Shown here piece after piece: positions 19,413 to 30,914 of a stretch of 64,000 nucleotides of DNA. Every line of letters starts with the position of its first letter. Positions within the stretch are counted from its first letter, which is position 1. Below the pieces are notes generated by a model that saw only the letters and a program-made list of their open reading frames with translations, had not been told where the DNA came from and did not search any database. Origin of the DNA: an uncultured Chthonomonadaceae bacterium (lineage in GTDB: Bacteria > Armatimonadota > Chthonomonadetes > Chthonomonadales > Chthonomonadaceae). The stretch lies in assembly GCA_963817895.1 (NCBI GenBank), contig CAWFQB010000003.1, positions 576,001 to 640,000 on the forward strand, written 5' to 3'. The position numbers and the translations under genes were made by a program.

Positions 19413-21257
19413 TCATCTCCGCGTTACCTTTTTTAGCAAACGCTTGACAACGTTGACTTCTTCCATGCGCAGGAGGAGGGCGAGTCCGCCATAAACGACG
19501 ATGCTGAACGGGAGCAGGATTGCCAGCGTAACGGCGGCGTGGCTTCTGCCGTTCTGTTCGGTAGCGTGTTCGAGGTAGCGGAAGTAGAGCGGACGGTACA
19601 GGGCGGTCGTGAGAATAGCCGTGACCATAGACGCGAAGATGATTTTGCTGATGGAGGTTGCCAGTCGCAGGCCGTCCAATCCGTTTAAGCGCTGCCGCAG
19701 CACGACCAGCATACTGACCATGTGGATGGTGGCGGCAATCGTCGTGGCTAAGGCCAATCCCTGAACGCCCATTGCGTTGCGGAGCGGGATATTGAGCGGA
19801 ATGAAGATTACCGTAACCAGTGTGCCGACGATGATGGGCGTTTTGGAATCCTGAAGGGCGTAAAAGCCGCGCGTGATGATGGAGTGGGCCGACCACGCGA
19901 AGATGCCGATGGCGAACCAGCGCAGTATCGAAGTGCAGAGCAGCACGTCTTCCGGCTTGAACTTGCCGGATTGGAACACAAACTGCACGAACGGCTGCGC
20001 CAGCACCCACATCAGAATGGAAGAGGGGATCGTCAGGAAAAGGATGTTGCGGATGCCGTAGTTCACGCTGTCGCGCAGATCGGTCAGGGCATCGGCGGCG
20101 GCTTCCGTCCGTCCCTGTAACTGCGCGTCCTTCATACGGGCGGCGTGTCCGGCCATGACGGGGAGCAGCACAATGGCGGTCGCCTGCGCGAATACGCCGA
20201 GCGGTACCTGCATCAGTTTGTTGGCGTACATCAGGGCGGACACCGCTCCGTCGCCAAGCGAACCGGCGAACATTTTGCCGATGATGGTGCTGACCTGCGG
20301 CAGGGCCAGGCCGAGAATCACGGGCAGCATCAGTTTCCACACCTTGAAAACGCCCGGATGCCGCCAGTGTTTCAGCATCGCGGACGGTAAGTAGTAGCCG
20401 CCGCTTTTGCGCACCAGATACCATTGCAGTATCAGGTTGCCCACAATCGCGCCGGCCATCGCCCCCCAGCACAGGCCCGCGATGCCGATTTTAGGGTTGC
20501 GGGCGACGGTAAGGCCACCCAAAATGATAAACAGGTTGTAAATGAGGGGGCCGAGCGCCTGCCCCCAGGGATTGCCCCGCGCTTGCAGGCTGCCCATCAT
20601 CAGGCCGCCGAGGAAAAAGCAGATTTGACCGGGCAGCACAATGCGGGTAAGATACACCGTATCTCGGATTTTGAACGGCATATCTTCGGCATGCGCCATG
20701 TAATGCAGGCCGGATTTAATCAGAAATCCTACCAACGACAGGCCGTTGATTTCGTTGGGAACGAGGATGCCGCCTTTATACGGTAGGCCGGGTCTGTCAA
20801 TGAAGCCGGACGTGAGCGCGACGAGCGGGGGCGTGAAAATCTCGCTGAATACCACAAAGCCGGTAACAACGATCAGCATCACGGACGCGACCACGCTGAA
20901 TATGCGCCACGCCTCCTTTTCTTTGTTCAGTTCGATGTACTCCCGAAACACGGGAATAAACGCGCCCGACAAGGCTCCGCCCGCAATCAAAAAGAACAGC
21001 AGGTCGGGCAGGGTAAACGCGGCGTTGTACACGTCCGTCTGCGCGGTCTGGCCGAAATAGTGCGTGACAATGGATTCGCGCACCAGGCCAAGAATACGAC
21101 TGAGCAGAATCGCCGCCATCATAATGCCTGCCGCGCCCGCGATACTGTTCTTGCCGGAAGTGGAACCGGAGGGTTTGGAATCGTCATCCATAGGGGTATC
21201 GGTAATATCTTCGTCGCCATCTGAAGGCGCGATGGGAGGGTCAAGAGTGCTGGACAT
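19413..21257 (-). CDS. murJ: Lipid II flippase MurJ (MviN)
   Basis: SRILGLVRE, AFTLPDLL...GGALSGAFIP, YANKLMQVPLGVF, RGFYALQDSKTP, GLALAT. Confidence 0.93.
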   Translation of the reverse strand: MSSTLDPPIAPSDGDEDITDTPMDDDSKPSGSTSGKNSIAGAAGIMMAAILLSRILGLVRESIVTHYFGQTAQTDVYNAAFTLPDLLFFLIAGGALSGAFIPVFREYIELNKEKEAWRIFSVVASVMLIVVTGFVVFSEIFTPPLVALTSGFIDRPGLPYKGGILVPNEINGLSLVGFLIKSGLHYMAHAEDMPFKIRDTVYLTRIVLPGQICFFLGGLMMGSLQARGNPWGQALGPLIYNLFIILGGLTVARNPKIGIAGLCWGAMAGAIVGNLILQWYLVRKSGGYYLPSAMLKHWRHPGVFKVWKLMLPVILGLALPQVSTIIGKMFAGSLGDGAVSALMYANKLMQVPLGVFAQATAIVLLPVMAGHAARMKDAQLQGRTEAAADALTDLRDSVNYGIRNILFLTIPSSILMWVLAQPFVQFVFQSGKFKPEDVLLCTSILRWFAIGIFAWSAHSIITRGFYALQDSKTPIIVGTLVTVIFIPLNIPLRNAMGVQGLALATTIAATIHMVSMLVVLRQRLNGLDGLRLATSISKIIFASMVTAILTTALYRPLYFRYLEHATEQNGRSHAAVTLAILLPFSIVVYGGLALLLRMEEVNVVKRLLKKVTRR

Positions 21258-21347
21258 AATACTCTCATTGTAGCACAAGGTTGCATTGAGGCGCGAATCG
21301 CAGCGCTTTCGCGCATTGCGTTGCGCGTCTGGTATAATCCCCATACT

Positions 21348-23890
21348 ATGTCACATTTAGAATCTGAAGCTACTCCCGAAGCTGTTCAGGAAGAAAACGC
21401 CGTTGACCTGGAAACCCGCGTTCCGCCGCCCATTGACGAGGAGGACGATCTGCCCTCGCCGTATGACGTGGATTTTGAACCGCTAACCACCAACCACCGG
21501 CCACCAACTTCGCATGACGCGGATTTCGACGCGCCGGAAGAAACGCCTTTTGAGGCCGACTTTGAAACCGAGTTGGCGCGGGCGCGGCAGCAGGAGCAAA
21601 CGCCCGCTGTAGAAGTGGAACACGCGCCCGCCCATGTTGTCACCAGTGATGAAGCCCTGTTCGGACTGGACCCCACTACCAATATTGTGGCTGTGGAACC
21701 GGACTATATGCAGGGCGCGTGGCTGTATCGGCGTGAAGGAACCAAAGTTCGGCGCGAATTTGTGCCGTTCAAGCCCTGGATACTGCTGACGGCAATCCCC
21801 TCCTTTCCGCTGCCGGAAGTGAATTATATCGAACTGGACGGAACCGGCTACAACATTCTGGCGGAATTCCACTCGCAGCAGGCGTATCAGGAGGGCCGGT
21901 TTCGGGTTCGTGAGGCGCACCTGTCCAACCTCACCTATCCCGGTGGCGCGAAAATGGCGCTGATTCGTCTGGGCATGACGCTGTTCAAAGGCATGACGTT
22001 TGAAGACGTGGTTCGGATGCAATTCGACCTCGAAACAATGGGCCTGAATCCCGAACCGGACGAGAACAAAATTCTGATGATCGCCGTGTCGGACAATCGC
22101 GGTCTGGTGGACATCATTGAAGGCGATGAAAAAGAGATATTGGAGCGGTTTGTCGCGCTTGTGAATGACCGTGACCCGGACGTGTTGGAGGGGCATAACG
22201 TATACGGCTTCGATCTGCCGTACCTCCTGACGCGGGCGGAAAAGTTGGGCGTCCGGCTGAAACTGGGACGCGACGGCAGCGAACCGCGCAAAGGCATGGA
22301 GCGCAATTACGCCATTGCCGCCGGGGGCAACACGCGCCCGTTCACGCCCGTTTACATTCATGGCCGGCACGTCGTGGACACCTATCTTGTCGTGCAGCGG
22401 TTCGATTGGGCGAAGCAGGCTTTAACCAGTTACGGCCTGAAGGAGTGCGCCCGCGTGTTCGGGTTCGCGGACGCGGATCGAGTGGAACTGCCCCGCGAAC
22501 GGATTACGGAAATTTATCGCGACGACCCGGAACTGGTGAAAACGTATGCGCGGCAGGACGTGATCGAAACCCAAAAACTGGCGGAACTGATTTCGCCCGT
22601 CGAGTTTTATCAGGCGCAGATGGTTCCCGACAACTACGGGCAGGTGATTGTTACCGGCAACGGCGAGAAAATCAACGCCATTTTTGTGCGCGCCTATCTT
22701 GCCGCAGGCAAAGCCATTTCCCGCTCGCAGGCTCCGGTTCCATACGAGGGCGGCTATGCCGACGTGCGCGAAAAGGGCGTCCTGAATCGCATCGTTAAAG
22801 CCGACGTGGAGAGCCTGTACCCCAGCCTGATGCTCACCCACAACATCGCCCCTATCGGCGACACCCTGGGCATCTTCCTCCCCTCCCTCCGCGACCTGAC
22901 CCGCCGCCGTCTGGAAGCGAAGAAGAAAGCGTCTGAGGCGGAGGAAGAAAAAGGAGAAAAGGAGAAAAGGAGAAGAGGAGATACAAGAAGGAGAAGGATT
23001 CATCCCTCATCCCTCATCCTTCATCCTTTGCCAGCTACTGGGACGGCTTGCAGGGATCGTTCAAGGTGCTGATAAACTCGTTCTACGGGTATGTGGGCGG
23101 GCCGTTCAACTTCAACGATTATGAGGCGGCGCGGCGGGTCACGGAGTTGGGGCGCGAACTGGTCAAACTGGTGGCCGAGCGATTGACGGCTACGGGCAGT
23201 CTGGTGATTGAGATTGATACGGACGGCGTGTACTACGTGCCGCCGGACGGGGTGGAGGGCGAAGCGGCGGAGCGGGCGCATGTGGCGGAAATCGGTTCCG
23301 CCCTACCGGAAGGGATTCGGCTGGCGTTTGACGGACGCTTTGCCACCATGCTGTCGCTGAAAACCAAAAATTATGTGCTTGTCACATACGAGGGCCGCAA
23401 AATCTTCAAGGGCGCGTCCCTGCGTTCGCGGGCGGACGAAAAATTCGGGCGGCGATTTCTCGCGCAGGCGATAGACTGCCTGTTGGAACACGACTTCGAG
23501 GGCGCAAAGCAGTTGTACGAGCAGCTTATTGACGATCTGCTGAACAAGCGTATTCCGATTGAAGATTTGGCGCGGCGGGAGCGCGTGACGGAGAAAACGT
23601 TCAGCAGCGACAGCAAAAAACGCTCCAAAGAGGTGGCGGCAGGCGTCCCCATTGGCGAACACGTGCTGGTGTATGAGAAGACAGATGGCAGTCTGGGCCT
23701 GCTGGCGAATTACAGAGGGGATGAAAACCCTAAATACTACATGGACAAACTGTATAAATTCGCGAAACGGCTGGAGGATGCGTTCAAAGACAGCCATCTG
23801 GCGAAAAGCGCGTTCGAGCAGTATATTGTCAAGCCAACCGCGCAGGGTATCCCCCGGAAAGTGCAGGAGACGCTCGATTTGTTCGGATAA
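21348..23890 (+). CDS. polB: Family B DNA polymerase (Pol II-like) with 3'-5' exonuclease; frame change within the repeat insert at 22940-23030
   Basis: ExoI FDLET, ExoII GHNVYGFDLPYL, ExoIII YARQD; polymerase motifs DVESLYPS, KVLINSFYGY, EIDTDG, KNY. Confidence 0.9.
22940..23028 (+). repeat. Bipartite short tandem repeat insert inside polB
   Basis: (AAAGGAGA)n-like purine tract followed by (TCATCCC/T)x4. Confidence 0.8.
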
Positions 23891-24027
23891 GCGTGGTATA
23901 CGGCAACAATTCCCAAAATGCGCGGGCAATTAAATTATTTTTCTAAAAACTGAAATATTTTGCAGGAGAACCCGGAAGACAACGCGAATCAGGGATATAC
24001 TGCTAAAATAGTGTGTACGCGGGCTAA

Positions 24028-26463
24028 ATGTTGTTCAAACGCCGAATGTCCGCTTTTTTCATGCCTGCGCTTTTCTTCGCTGAAGAGGAGGAATCCTTGG
24101 AACTACGTCCTATCGGGTGCGGTCAGCGCCGCATCGCCATCCGCCAGTTGTGTGTCGGTTTCGCTGCTGTTTGCTCACTTGCCATTCTCTCTTTATCCGC
24201 CAATGCCCAGACTCCCACTCGACGGCTACCGGGCAGTATTTCGCCCCTGCTCCAGCAAGCCCGTCTTGCGGGGAAGCCACAGCCCGCGGAAACTATCCAA
24301 CTCTCGCTCTCATTCCCGCTGCGCAATCAGGCGCAGCTTGAGACGCAACTGCAAAAAGTTTATGACCCGAATGATCCGCTTTTCGGCCACTATTTGACCA
24401 GCGCCGAATTTACGGCGCAGTATGGGCCGACACAGGCGGATTACGACGCGGTTTCCGCGTATGTCCGCGCGCATGGGCTGACCATCATCAATACCACGCC
24501 CAGCCGCGCCCTTTTGGGTGTGGAGGGTAGCGTACAGCAGATTCAGGCCGCATTCGGCGTGACGCTGAAGCAGTATCAGCTTGCGGATGGACGTGTCGTT
24601 CGCGCGCCCAGCGCAGACCCCGTTTTGCCTGCCGCCATCGCCGACAAGTTGGAAGGCATCATCGGCCTTGACAATGCCCCTGTGATCAAGTCGTTTTCCC
24701 ACATCAAACCCGCCGATCCCCTGGGCTTCCTCAATCCCGCGCCCGCCCTAAATTCGCCCTTTTCAGGCGTGTTGGGAGCGCCACCCGCCGGAGGCTCATC
24801 CCCCGGTGGAGGATCGCCGATTCGCCCCAATGCCACAGGCAGCGGACCGGGCAACGGGTATACCCCGGACGACATCAAGACCGTTTACAACTTTGTCGGC
24901 ACACCGCTGACGGGAGCGGGGCAAACCCTGGCCGTGTTTGAGCTGGATGGCTACACGCCCGAAGACATTCAGATCTATGAAGGCTACTACGGCCTGCCCG
25001 ATGTGCCATTGCAAAACATTCTCGTGGATGGCTACAGTGGGGCGCCGAGCGGGGGCGGGGGAGCCGTGGAAGTGACGCTGGACATCCAGCTGCAAATCGC
25101 CCTCGCGCCCGGCATTAACAAAATTCTCGTGTACGAAGCGCCCCCCGCGCTCAGAAGCTTTGTGGATCTTTACAACCGGATAGCCACCGATAACCTTGCC
25201 AAAAACATCAGCACCAGTTGGGGAGTAAATGAGATCGGCGCCTCGTCCTCCATGCTCAACTCGGAAAACACCGCTTTCCGACGAATGGCAATGCAGGGGC
25301 AGACCATTTTCGCCGCATCGGGCGACAGCGGCTCGAAAGCGGACGGGACCAATCTGGGGCCGACGGACCCCAGTACCCAGCCCTGGATAACCGGCGTTGG
25401 CGGCACGACCCTGAACACCCTGACAACGAGGGACCCGTTGGTCCCGATGTCAGGCATGCGCAGCACGGAAGTCGCCTGGAGCGGCAGCGGCGGCGGCATC
25501 AGCACGGTCTGGCCCATACCCTCCTACCAGTCGGCCGCCTACCGGCCGTCGCCTGCCTATCCATTGGGATTTATCACCAATGCGGCGCTAGGTTCCAAAA
25601 CCATGCGCAACGCGCCCGATATTGCCCTGAACGCCGATGGGAACACCGGCTACTCCATCGTCTTCGGGGGCAACTTTTACATAGCGGGCGGCACAAGCTG
25701 CGCTTCGCCCCTGTGGGCGGCGGTGGCCGCGCTTTCCAATCAGCAGCGCGTGGCGTTGAACAAGCCCACACTCGGGTTTTTCAACGCTTATGCCTACCGG
25801 CTTGCCACCAGCAGCCCCGTGACGTATGCCAATGATTTCTTCGACATCATTTCCGGCAACAACGGCAGCCCGTTCTACCCGGCTGTCGCCAGTTATGATC
25901 TGGCGACGGGATTGGGAAGCATCAATAACGGCCTCCTTCTGCTTACGGACCTGAATAGCATCACGATCCCGCCGCCCGCGCCGCCCGTGGAACTGCTCGT
26001 CAATGGCGGCTTTGAGAACGGAGCCAAAAAGCCGCAGCCCTGGATCGCCACCCTGAGCGTTATCAACAACTTCGGCCAGGAAGCCCCGGCTGAAGGTCTG
26101 TGGAAAGCCTGGCTGTGCGGCTATGGCGCTCCTCATACCGACACACTGAAGTACCCGTCCGTAACCATTCCGTCTACGGTGAATTCGGCCACTCTCAGCT
26201 TCGCGCTGCACATAGACTCGCAGGAAGACCCGTTAGGTCCTGCCTACGATACCATGCAGGTTCAGCTTCTCAAAGCGGATGGCACGTTGTTGAAAAGACT
26301 GGCGACCTACAGCAACGTGAATTTCAACACCGGCTTTGTGATGAAGTCGTTCGATGTCACGGCGTACAAAGGGCAGACGCTCCAGATATACCTCACGGCA
26401 ACCGAAGATGGCACTCTGGGAACCAACTTCGTCGTAGACGCGTTCTCGCTGCAAACGCAGTAA
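24028..26463 (+). CDS. Secreted S53 (sedolisin/kumamolisin) serine peptidase with pro-domain and C-terminal beta-sandwich
   Basis: Pro-kumamolisin-like region (YLT.AEF..QYGP), EVTLD, SGDSG, GGTSCASP, YDLATGLGS. Exact start uncertain. Confidence 0.92.
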   Translation: MLFKRRMSAFFMPALFFAEEEESLELRPIGCGQRRIAIRQLCVGFAAVCSLAILSLSANAQTPTRRLPGSISPLLQQARLAGKPQPAETIQLSLSFPLRNQAQLETQLQKVYDPNDPLFGHYLTSAEFTAQYGPTQADYDAVSAYVRAHGLTIINTTPSRALLGVEGSVQQIQAAFGVTLKQYQLADGRVVRAPSADPVLPAAIADKLEGIIGLDNAPVIKSFSHIKPADPLGFLNPAPALNSPFSGVLGAPPAGGSSPGGGSPIRPNATGSGPGNGYTPDDIKTVYNFVGTPLTGAGQTLAVFELDGYTPEDIQIYEGYYGLPDVPLQNILVDGYSGAPSGGGGAVEVTLDIQLQIALAPGINKILVYEAPPALRSFVDLYNRIATDNLAKNISTSWGVNEIGASSSMLNSENTAFRRMAMQGQTIFAASGDSGSKADGTNLGPTDPSTQPWITGVGGTTLNTLTTRDPLVPMSGMRSTEVAWSGSGGGISTVWPIPSYQSAAYRPSPAYPLGFITNAALGSKTMRNAPDIALNADGNTGYSIVFGGNFYIAGGTSCASPLWAAVAALSNQQRVALNKPTLGFFNAYAYRLATSSPVTYANDFFDIISGNNGSPFYPAVASYDLATGLGSINNGLLLLTDLNSITIPPPAPPVELLVNGGFENGAKKPQPWIATLSVINNFGQEAPAEGLWKAWLCGYGAPHTDTLKYPSVTIPSTVNSATLSFALHIDSQEDPLGPAYDTMQVQLLKADGTLLKRLATYSNVNFNTGFVMKSFDVTAYKGQTLQIYLTATEDGTLGTNFVVDAFSLQTQ

Positions 26464-26470
26464 TCTATGC

Positions 26471-26513
26471 GCCGCCCCGGTTCCATTCTCATTGTAGTGA
26501 AACCGGGGCGGCG
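26471..26513 (+). terminator. Hairpin after the S53 gene
   Basis: gccgccccggtt...aaccggggcggc inverted repeat; a second hairpin agggtcgggcagt...actgtccgaccct follows at about 26528-26561. Confidence 0.55.
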
Positions 26514-26819
26514 AAACCTTCCACACAGGGTCGGGCAGTACGCGAAAACTGTCCGACCCTTACCTCTGCCAGGTTGCAGAATAAATTTTACAGACAGGCA
26601 GGAAAAACACGACATGCGGCGAATATATCAGGTAGAATATCTGAGTATTTTGCCCGATTGCCTCTCCTTTTACAGGCGTGAAGCCACCTCCCCCGGTGAA
26701 ATCGGCAAATAGTCTCTCCCTTGATCATTTCTGAACGTTTCGTCGCTATATTTCTTCTGCCCTGTGTCACTGTTCGCAATCGGATGCAGTGATAAATGCG
26801 CGAAAGGACTTCATCGCTG

Positions 26820-29800
26820 ATGCACTTCTCTGGTTCTAATCGTAGAAAATTTTTAAGCGCCGCCATGCTGGGCGTTCTTGGCCTGGCAATTATGCCGTCG
26901 CTGGCCCAAAATGCGCAAACAGGCGCTAAACCTCTGGGGGTTTCGGGCGGTAGCCTGCCGATTGGCGGTGGCGGCGGTTTGCCGATTGGCGGTGGCGGCG
27001 GTTTGCCGATTGGCGGCGGGCAGCCCAATGTTCCCCAGGTACCCATTCCGCGCTGGAGTTCCTCCGCCCCACGCCGCCCTGCGCACGCGCGCCGCAATTG
27101 CCGCTTATGCCGCCAAAGTGCGGCAAGCGCCGCGTCCACCCAAAAAAGTAAGTCTGCGCGCCGCAATGAAGCACATCTCGATTATGCCCGTGTTCGGCGA
27201 AGGCAATGGCGGTGGCGGGTTTGGCTCGATGGGGATAATACATGGCAACAACGCGGGCAACAGCGCCGTGCAAAGCCTGCTGGCTCCGCCGGCCGAGTTC
27301 CATCCGTTTGCCATTTATATTCCTCCGGTCCCACCCACGCCGCCGATTTCCACCTGGACAAATATCGGGCCGATTCCGCTTCAGCCCTACGCCCAGACCT
27401 ACTTTGGCCCGAGTTTCGTGACGGGCCGCATCAACGCTCTGGTATTTGACCCGACCAATTCCAACATCGAATATGTTGCCGCGCCCGTCGGCGGAATCTG
27501 GAAAACAGTGAACTCCGGGCAAACGTGGATTCCGATTACGGACACATTGCCGACCCAGTCTTTTTCCAGCATCACCGTTGATCCGAACAATCACAATACT
27601 CTGTATGCCGGATCGGGCGATTACGATGGCGTTGATGAAACCGGCGCCGGACTGTTCCGTTCGCAGGATGGCGGCGTGACCTGGACGAACCTGGACCCCA
27701 ATGGAACCATTTTCACTGACCATGCGATCCGCTCCGTGCTAATTGACCCAACCAATGCCAATCATGTGCTCGTGGCGGTAGGACGCAACGGCAACTTCGA
27801 CTCCACGACGGATGGCGGCGTCCTGCTCAGCACCAACGCGACAAGCGCCACCCCGACCTTTACCTCGGTACTGAACCCGGGTGGACAGCCGCTGGACGGC
27901 AACTGCCACACCCTGGTTTACAATGCTGACCATAGCATTGTCTACGCCGCCTGCGAGTCCGTTGATACGCTGTTTTTCGGCTCTATCGGCTCGGGAATTT
28001 TTGCTTCCAGAGACAATGGCGCGACCTGGACGCTGGCGCTTGCCACGGAACTTTACACGGATGTCGCCGCTTCGACGGTAAATGGGAGAGGCGTAAACAC
28101 CGTATATGCGGCGGACGGTCTCAGCAACCAGGTTCTTAAAAGCGTGAACGGTGGGGCAACGTGGATTGATGTTACCAACAACTTCCCGCAGGCGATTAAT
28201 CCGCAGGACGGCAGTGATGGCGTCTGGGGCCAGTCTTTTTACGACTTTTACATCGCTACGGCGCAGCGTCCCGGCAACCTGCCGGGAGATATCACGTCCC
28301 CGGTGGATGTGGTGTACGTCGGCCTGAAAGATGTTTATCAGTCTTCCGATGCGGGCCAGACATGGGGCGCGGTTGGACAGGTCAGCGTGGCTCCCAACTT
28401 TACGTTCAACGACCAGATGCACACCGACCAACACGGCATCGGCATTGACCCCAACGACAACAACAATGTGCTGATGGGCAATGATGGCGGCGTGTACCGA
28501 CTCCGCTATACGCCCGAAGTCAGCGGCTATGCGATTTCCGATCTGAACGCATCGCTGTGCGTGACCGAGTTCTACCAGACAGTATTCCACCCGACTTCTG
28601 CCGACACTATTCTGGGCGGTACGCAGGATAACGGCACAAATTACTCGTTCGGCAGCCTGCGCGGATTTCGGGGAGTGACGGGCGGCGACGGCGGCGGCGT
28701 TGCCATCAACGCGGTGACGCCCTCCACCATGTACTCGTGCTATCCGGGCGGCCCTCAGACCATCAACGTGAATCTGACGGATAACAACTGGCAAACGGTG
28801 ACATCTATCAGTCACAATGTCGGTATGGAAAACACGCCGTTCGTGCAGGTTATCGCCCTCGATCCTCAAAACTACGACCACCTGTACGCGGGCAGCAACA
28901 ACCTGTGGCTGTACGACCATGTCGCCAAAAGCTGGACGGAGATTCTGGATGAGGCCGGCGGCTTTAAGCCACTGACCGGCGGAACTGTATCGGCAATCGC
29001 GCCCTCCGGTATTCCGGCGCAGGGCTTCGAGCCGATAGTTTATGTGGGTACAAGCACCGGCGAGGTCTATACGTACATCCCGGCCGGCGACAACCCGACC
29101 ACCGCGTACACAATTGAGAAACTGATTACATTTCGTGGTAGCATTAGCAGCATCACGGTTAGCAAGGTCAACTCGCGCCGTATCTTCGTGACGACTACTG
29201 CGGGCGAAGTGTATCGCTGCAACGACGCGATCAATACCAATACGTTTGTAGACATTACGGGGGCCGGACAGGTGACGGACCCGACGCACCTGCCGGTACT
29301 GCTGCCGGTCAATACCCTCGCCATTGGAGCGCAGGATGATGAGCAGTTGCTGTTTGTCGGCACGGATCTGGGCGTTTTCGCGTCCAACGACGGTGGACAG
29401 ACGTGGGGAACTTACTCCACTTCCCCGGCAAATCCGACTGTTCTCGACACCATCCTGCCCCTGACCAAAGTAACCAACCTGGATGTCAACGCTTCCACAG
29501 GTTATCTCGCGGCGGGAACCTTCGGACGCGGTATCTGGCGTACCCCAATTCTCAATAAAGTAACGGTTCACTACATTCCGCAATGGCAGAACTATCGCGG
29601 CAGCAAGAACAACGTGCCTGTTACCGTAGAAGTGCGCCGTCCCGGTACACCTAACACGTCCATTCCGGTGGAAACCAAAACCGTGTTCACTAACAATGCC
29701 GGAGCGTTCGATGTTGTTCTGAACTCGCGCGGACACTATGACATCTACATCAAAATTCCGCGCTTCCTGCGGAAGAAGTACTCCAACATCCTGACAACCA

Positions 29801-29997
29801 CACAACCCACACTGTCGCCGCTGTTGTACATCGGTGACGTGGACAATGATAACGCCGTCACACAGACGGATCTGGCTGCGATTCGCAATAGCCTGGGCGC
29901 GTATACCACCGGGCTGGTGGATGTGGATGGCGACGGGCGCGTTACCTCCAATGACTACAACATCGCCGCGCAGAACGTTGGACGTCAGGGGGACTAG
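26820..29997 (+). CDS. Tat-exported BNR/Asp-box beta-propeller protein with a C-terminal dockerin-like domain (frameshift near 27047)
   Basis: NRRKFL twin-Arg signal in ORF 26796. ORF 26878 has repeated SxDGGxTW Asp-boxes, HTDQH, GGTQDNG and GGDGG, and ends GDVDNDNAV..TD...DVDGDGRV...D. Confidence 0.85.
26956..27019 (+). repeat. 24-bp in-frame tandem repeat encoding (LPIGGGGG)x~3
   Basis: tgccgattggcggtggcggcggtt twice plus a partial third copy. Confidence 0.9.
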
Positions 29998-30013
29998 CGC
30001 CTGTAACAATGGC

Positions 30014-30212
30014 CCTTAACCCCTAACCCCTGCTCCCAACTTTGGGAGCAGGGAAATCTATCAGGCAACAGCAGAACCTTTGCTGTTGCCTGAAATAATG
30101 GCTTGATGATCCGGCAGAACGCCCCTGCTTCCACTTGTTATGGAAGCAGGGGCGTTCTCTTTTGCGAGGGCAGCCCTCATCCCCGGCCCTTCTCCCAAAA
30201 TTGGGAGAAGGG
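30014..30212. repeat. Cluster of four hairpins between convergent genes; two are CCCTCTCCC..GGGAGAGGG-type REP-like palindromes
   Basis: Hairpins at 30028-30053, 30061-30093, 30116-30158 and 30187-30212. Confidence 0.75.
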
Positions 30213-30218
30213 CGTAAT

Positions 30219-30889
30219 TTAGAAAAGAGTGGATTTTGGGGCGCGTTTGGCTTCGATCACTTTTTTGCGGGCGGAAGCGATGTCGTCGACCAGGGAGCGG
30301 CGGGCGGCTTCGTAGGCTTCGCCCTCCAGACGCAGGATATAAGCGGGATGCCAGGCGGCCATCGCGAAATGGGCGTAGCGGGTTTCAAACCAGCTGGCCG
30401 CGCTCCTGCTTCATTTTGAAACCTTTGTGGATAATCGCGCTGGCGGCGGGCGCTCCCAGACATAAAATCACAAGCGGCTGAATGATTTCGATGGTCTGTT
30501 CCAGCCAGGTGGAGCAGGCGCGGGTTTCGTCGGGCGTGGGCGGGCGATTGTTGACGCGTCCGGCTTCCACAAGGGTAGGGCGGCAGCGCACGACATTGGT
30601 GATATAGACATGCTTGCGCGTAATGCCGTTTTCGCGCAGGCACTGATCGAGCAATGCTGCCTGCGCGTCCCACAAACGGCTTGCCCGTCGCGTCCTCGTT
30701 CTGTCCCGGCCCTTCGCCGATGAGCATCAGGGGCGCTTCCGGGTTGCCGTCGCCGAACACGACATTGGCGCGGGTTTGTGCGAGATCGCAGGCCACGCAG
30801 ATCGAAGCCCGCTCCGCAACACGCGCCAGGCGAATCGGTCTTGCTTTCCGCAGGTTCGCCATTTCTCCAGCGGGAGTTGCTTCTGACAT
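30219..30889 (-). CDS. Uracil-DNA glycosylase family 4 (two frameshifts, near 30660 and 30393)
   Basis: C..C.L...[42 protein letters not shown], and WHPAYILR in the third frame. Confidence 0.9.
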
Positions 30890-30914
30890 TGCTATCAGGC
30901 CTTGCATAATGTGT

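Noticed and set aside
22940..23030. Intein or self-splicing intron in polB
   Set aside because: About 90 bp of low-complexity sequence with no intein terminal residues and no group I/II structure.
21348..23890. Phage-, casposon- or pipolin-derived polymerase
   Set aside because: Flanked by murJ and a peptidase; no integrase, cas1, terminal repeats or phage genes; composition matches the host.
26956..27019. Possible CRISPR-like repeat
   Set aside because: Head-to-tail 24-bp coding repeat with no spacers, and no cas genes in the window.
27739..30009. 756-aa ORF on the minus strand
   Set aside because: Antisense shadow of the beta-propeller gene; no motifs, and expected from GC-rich codon bias.
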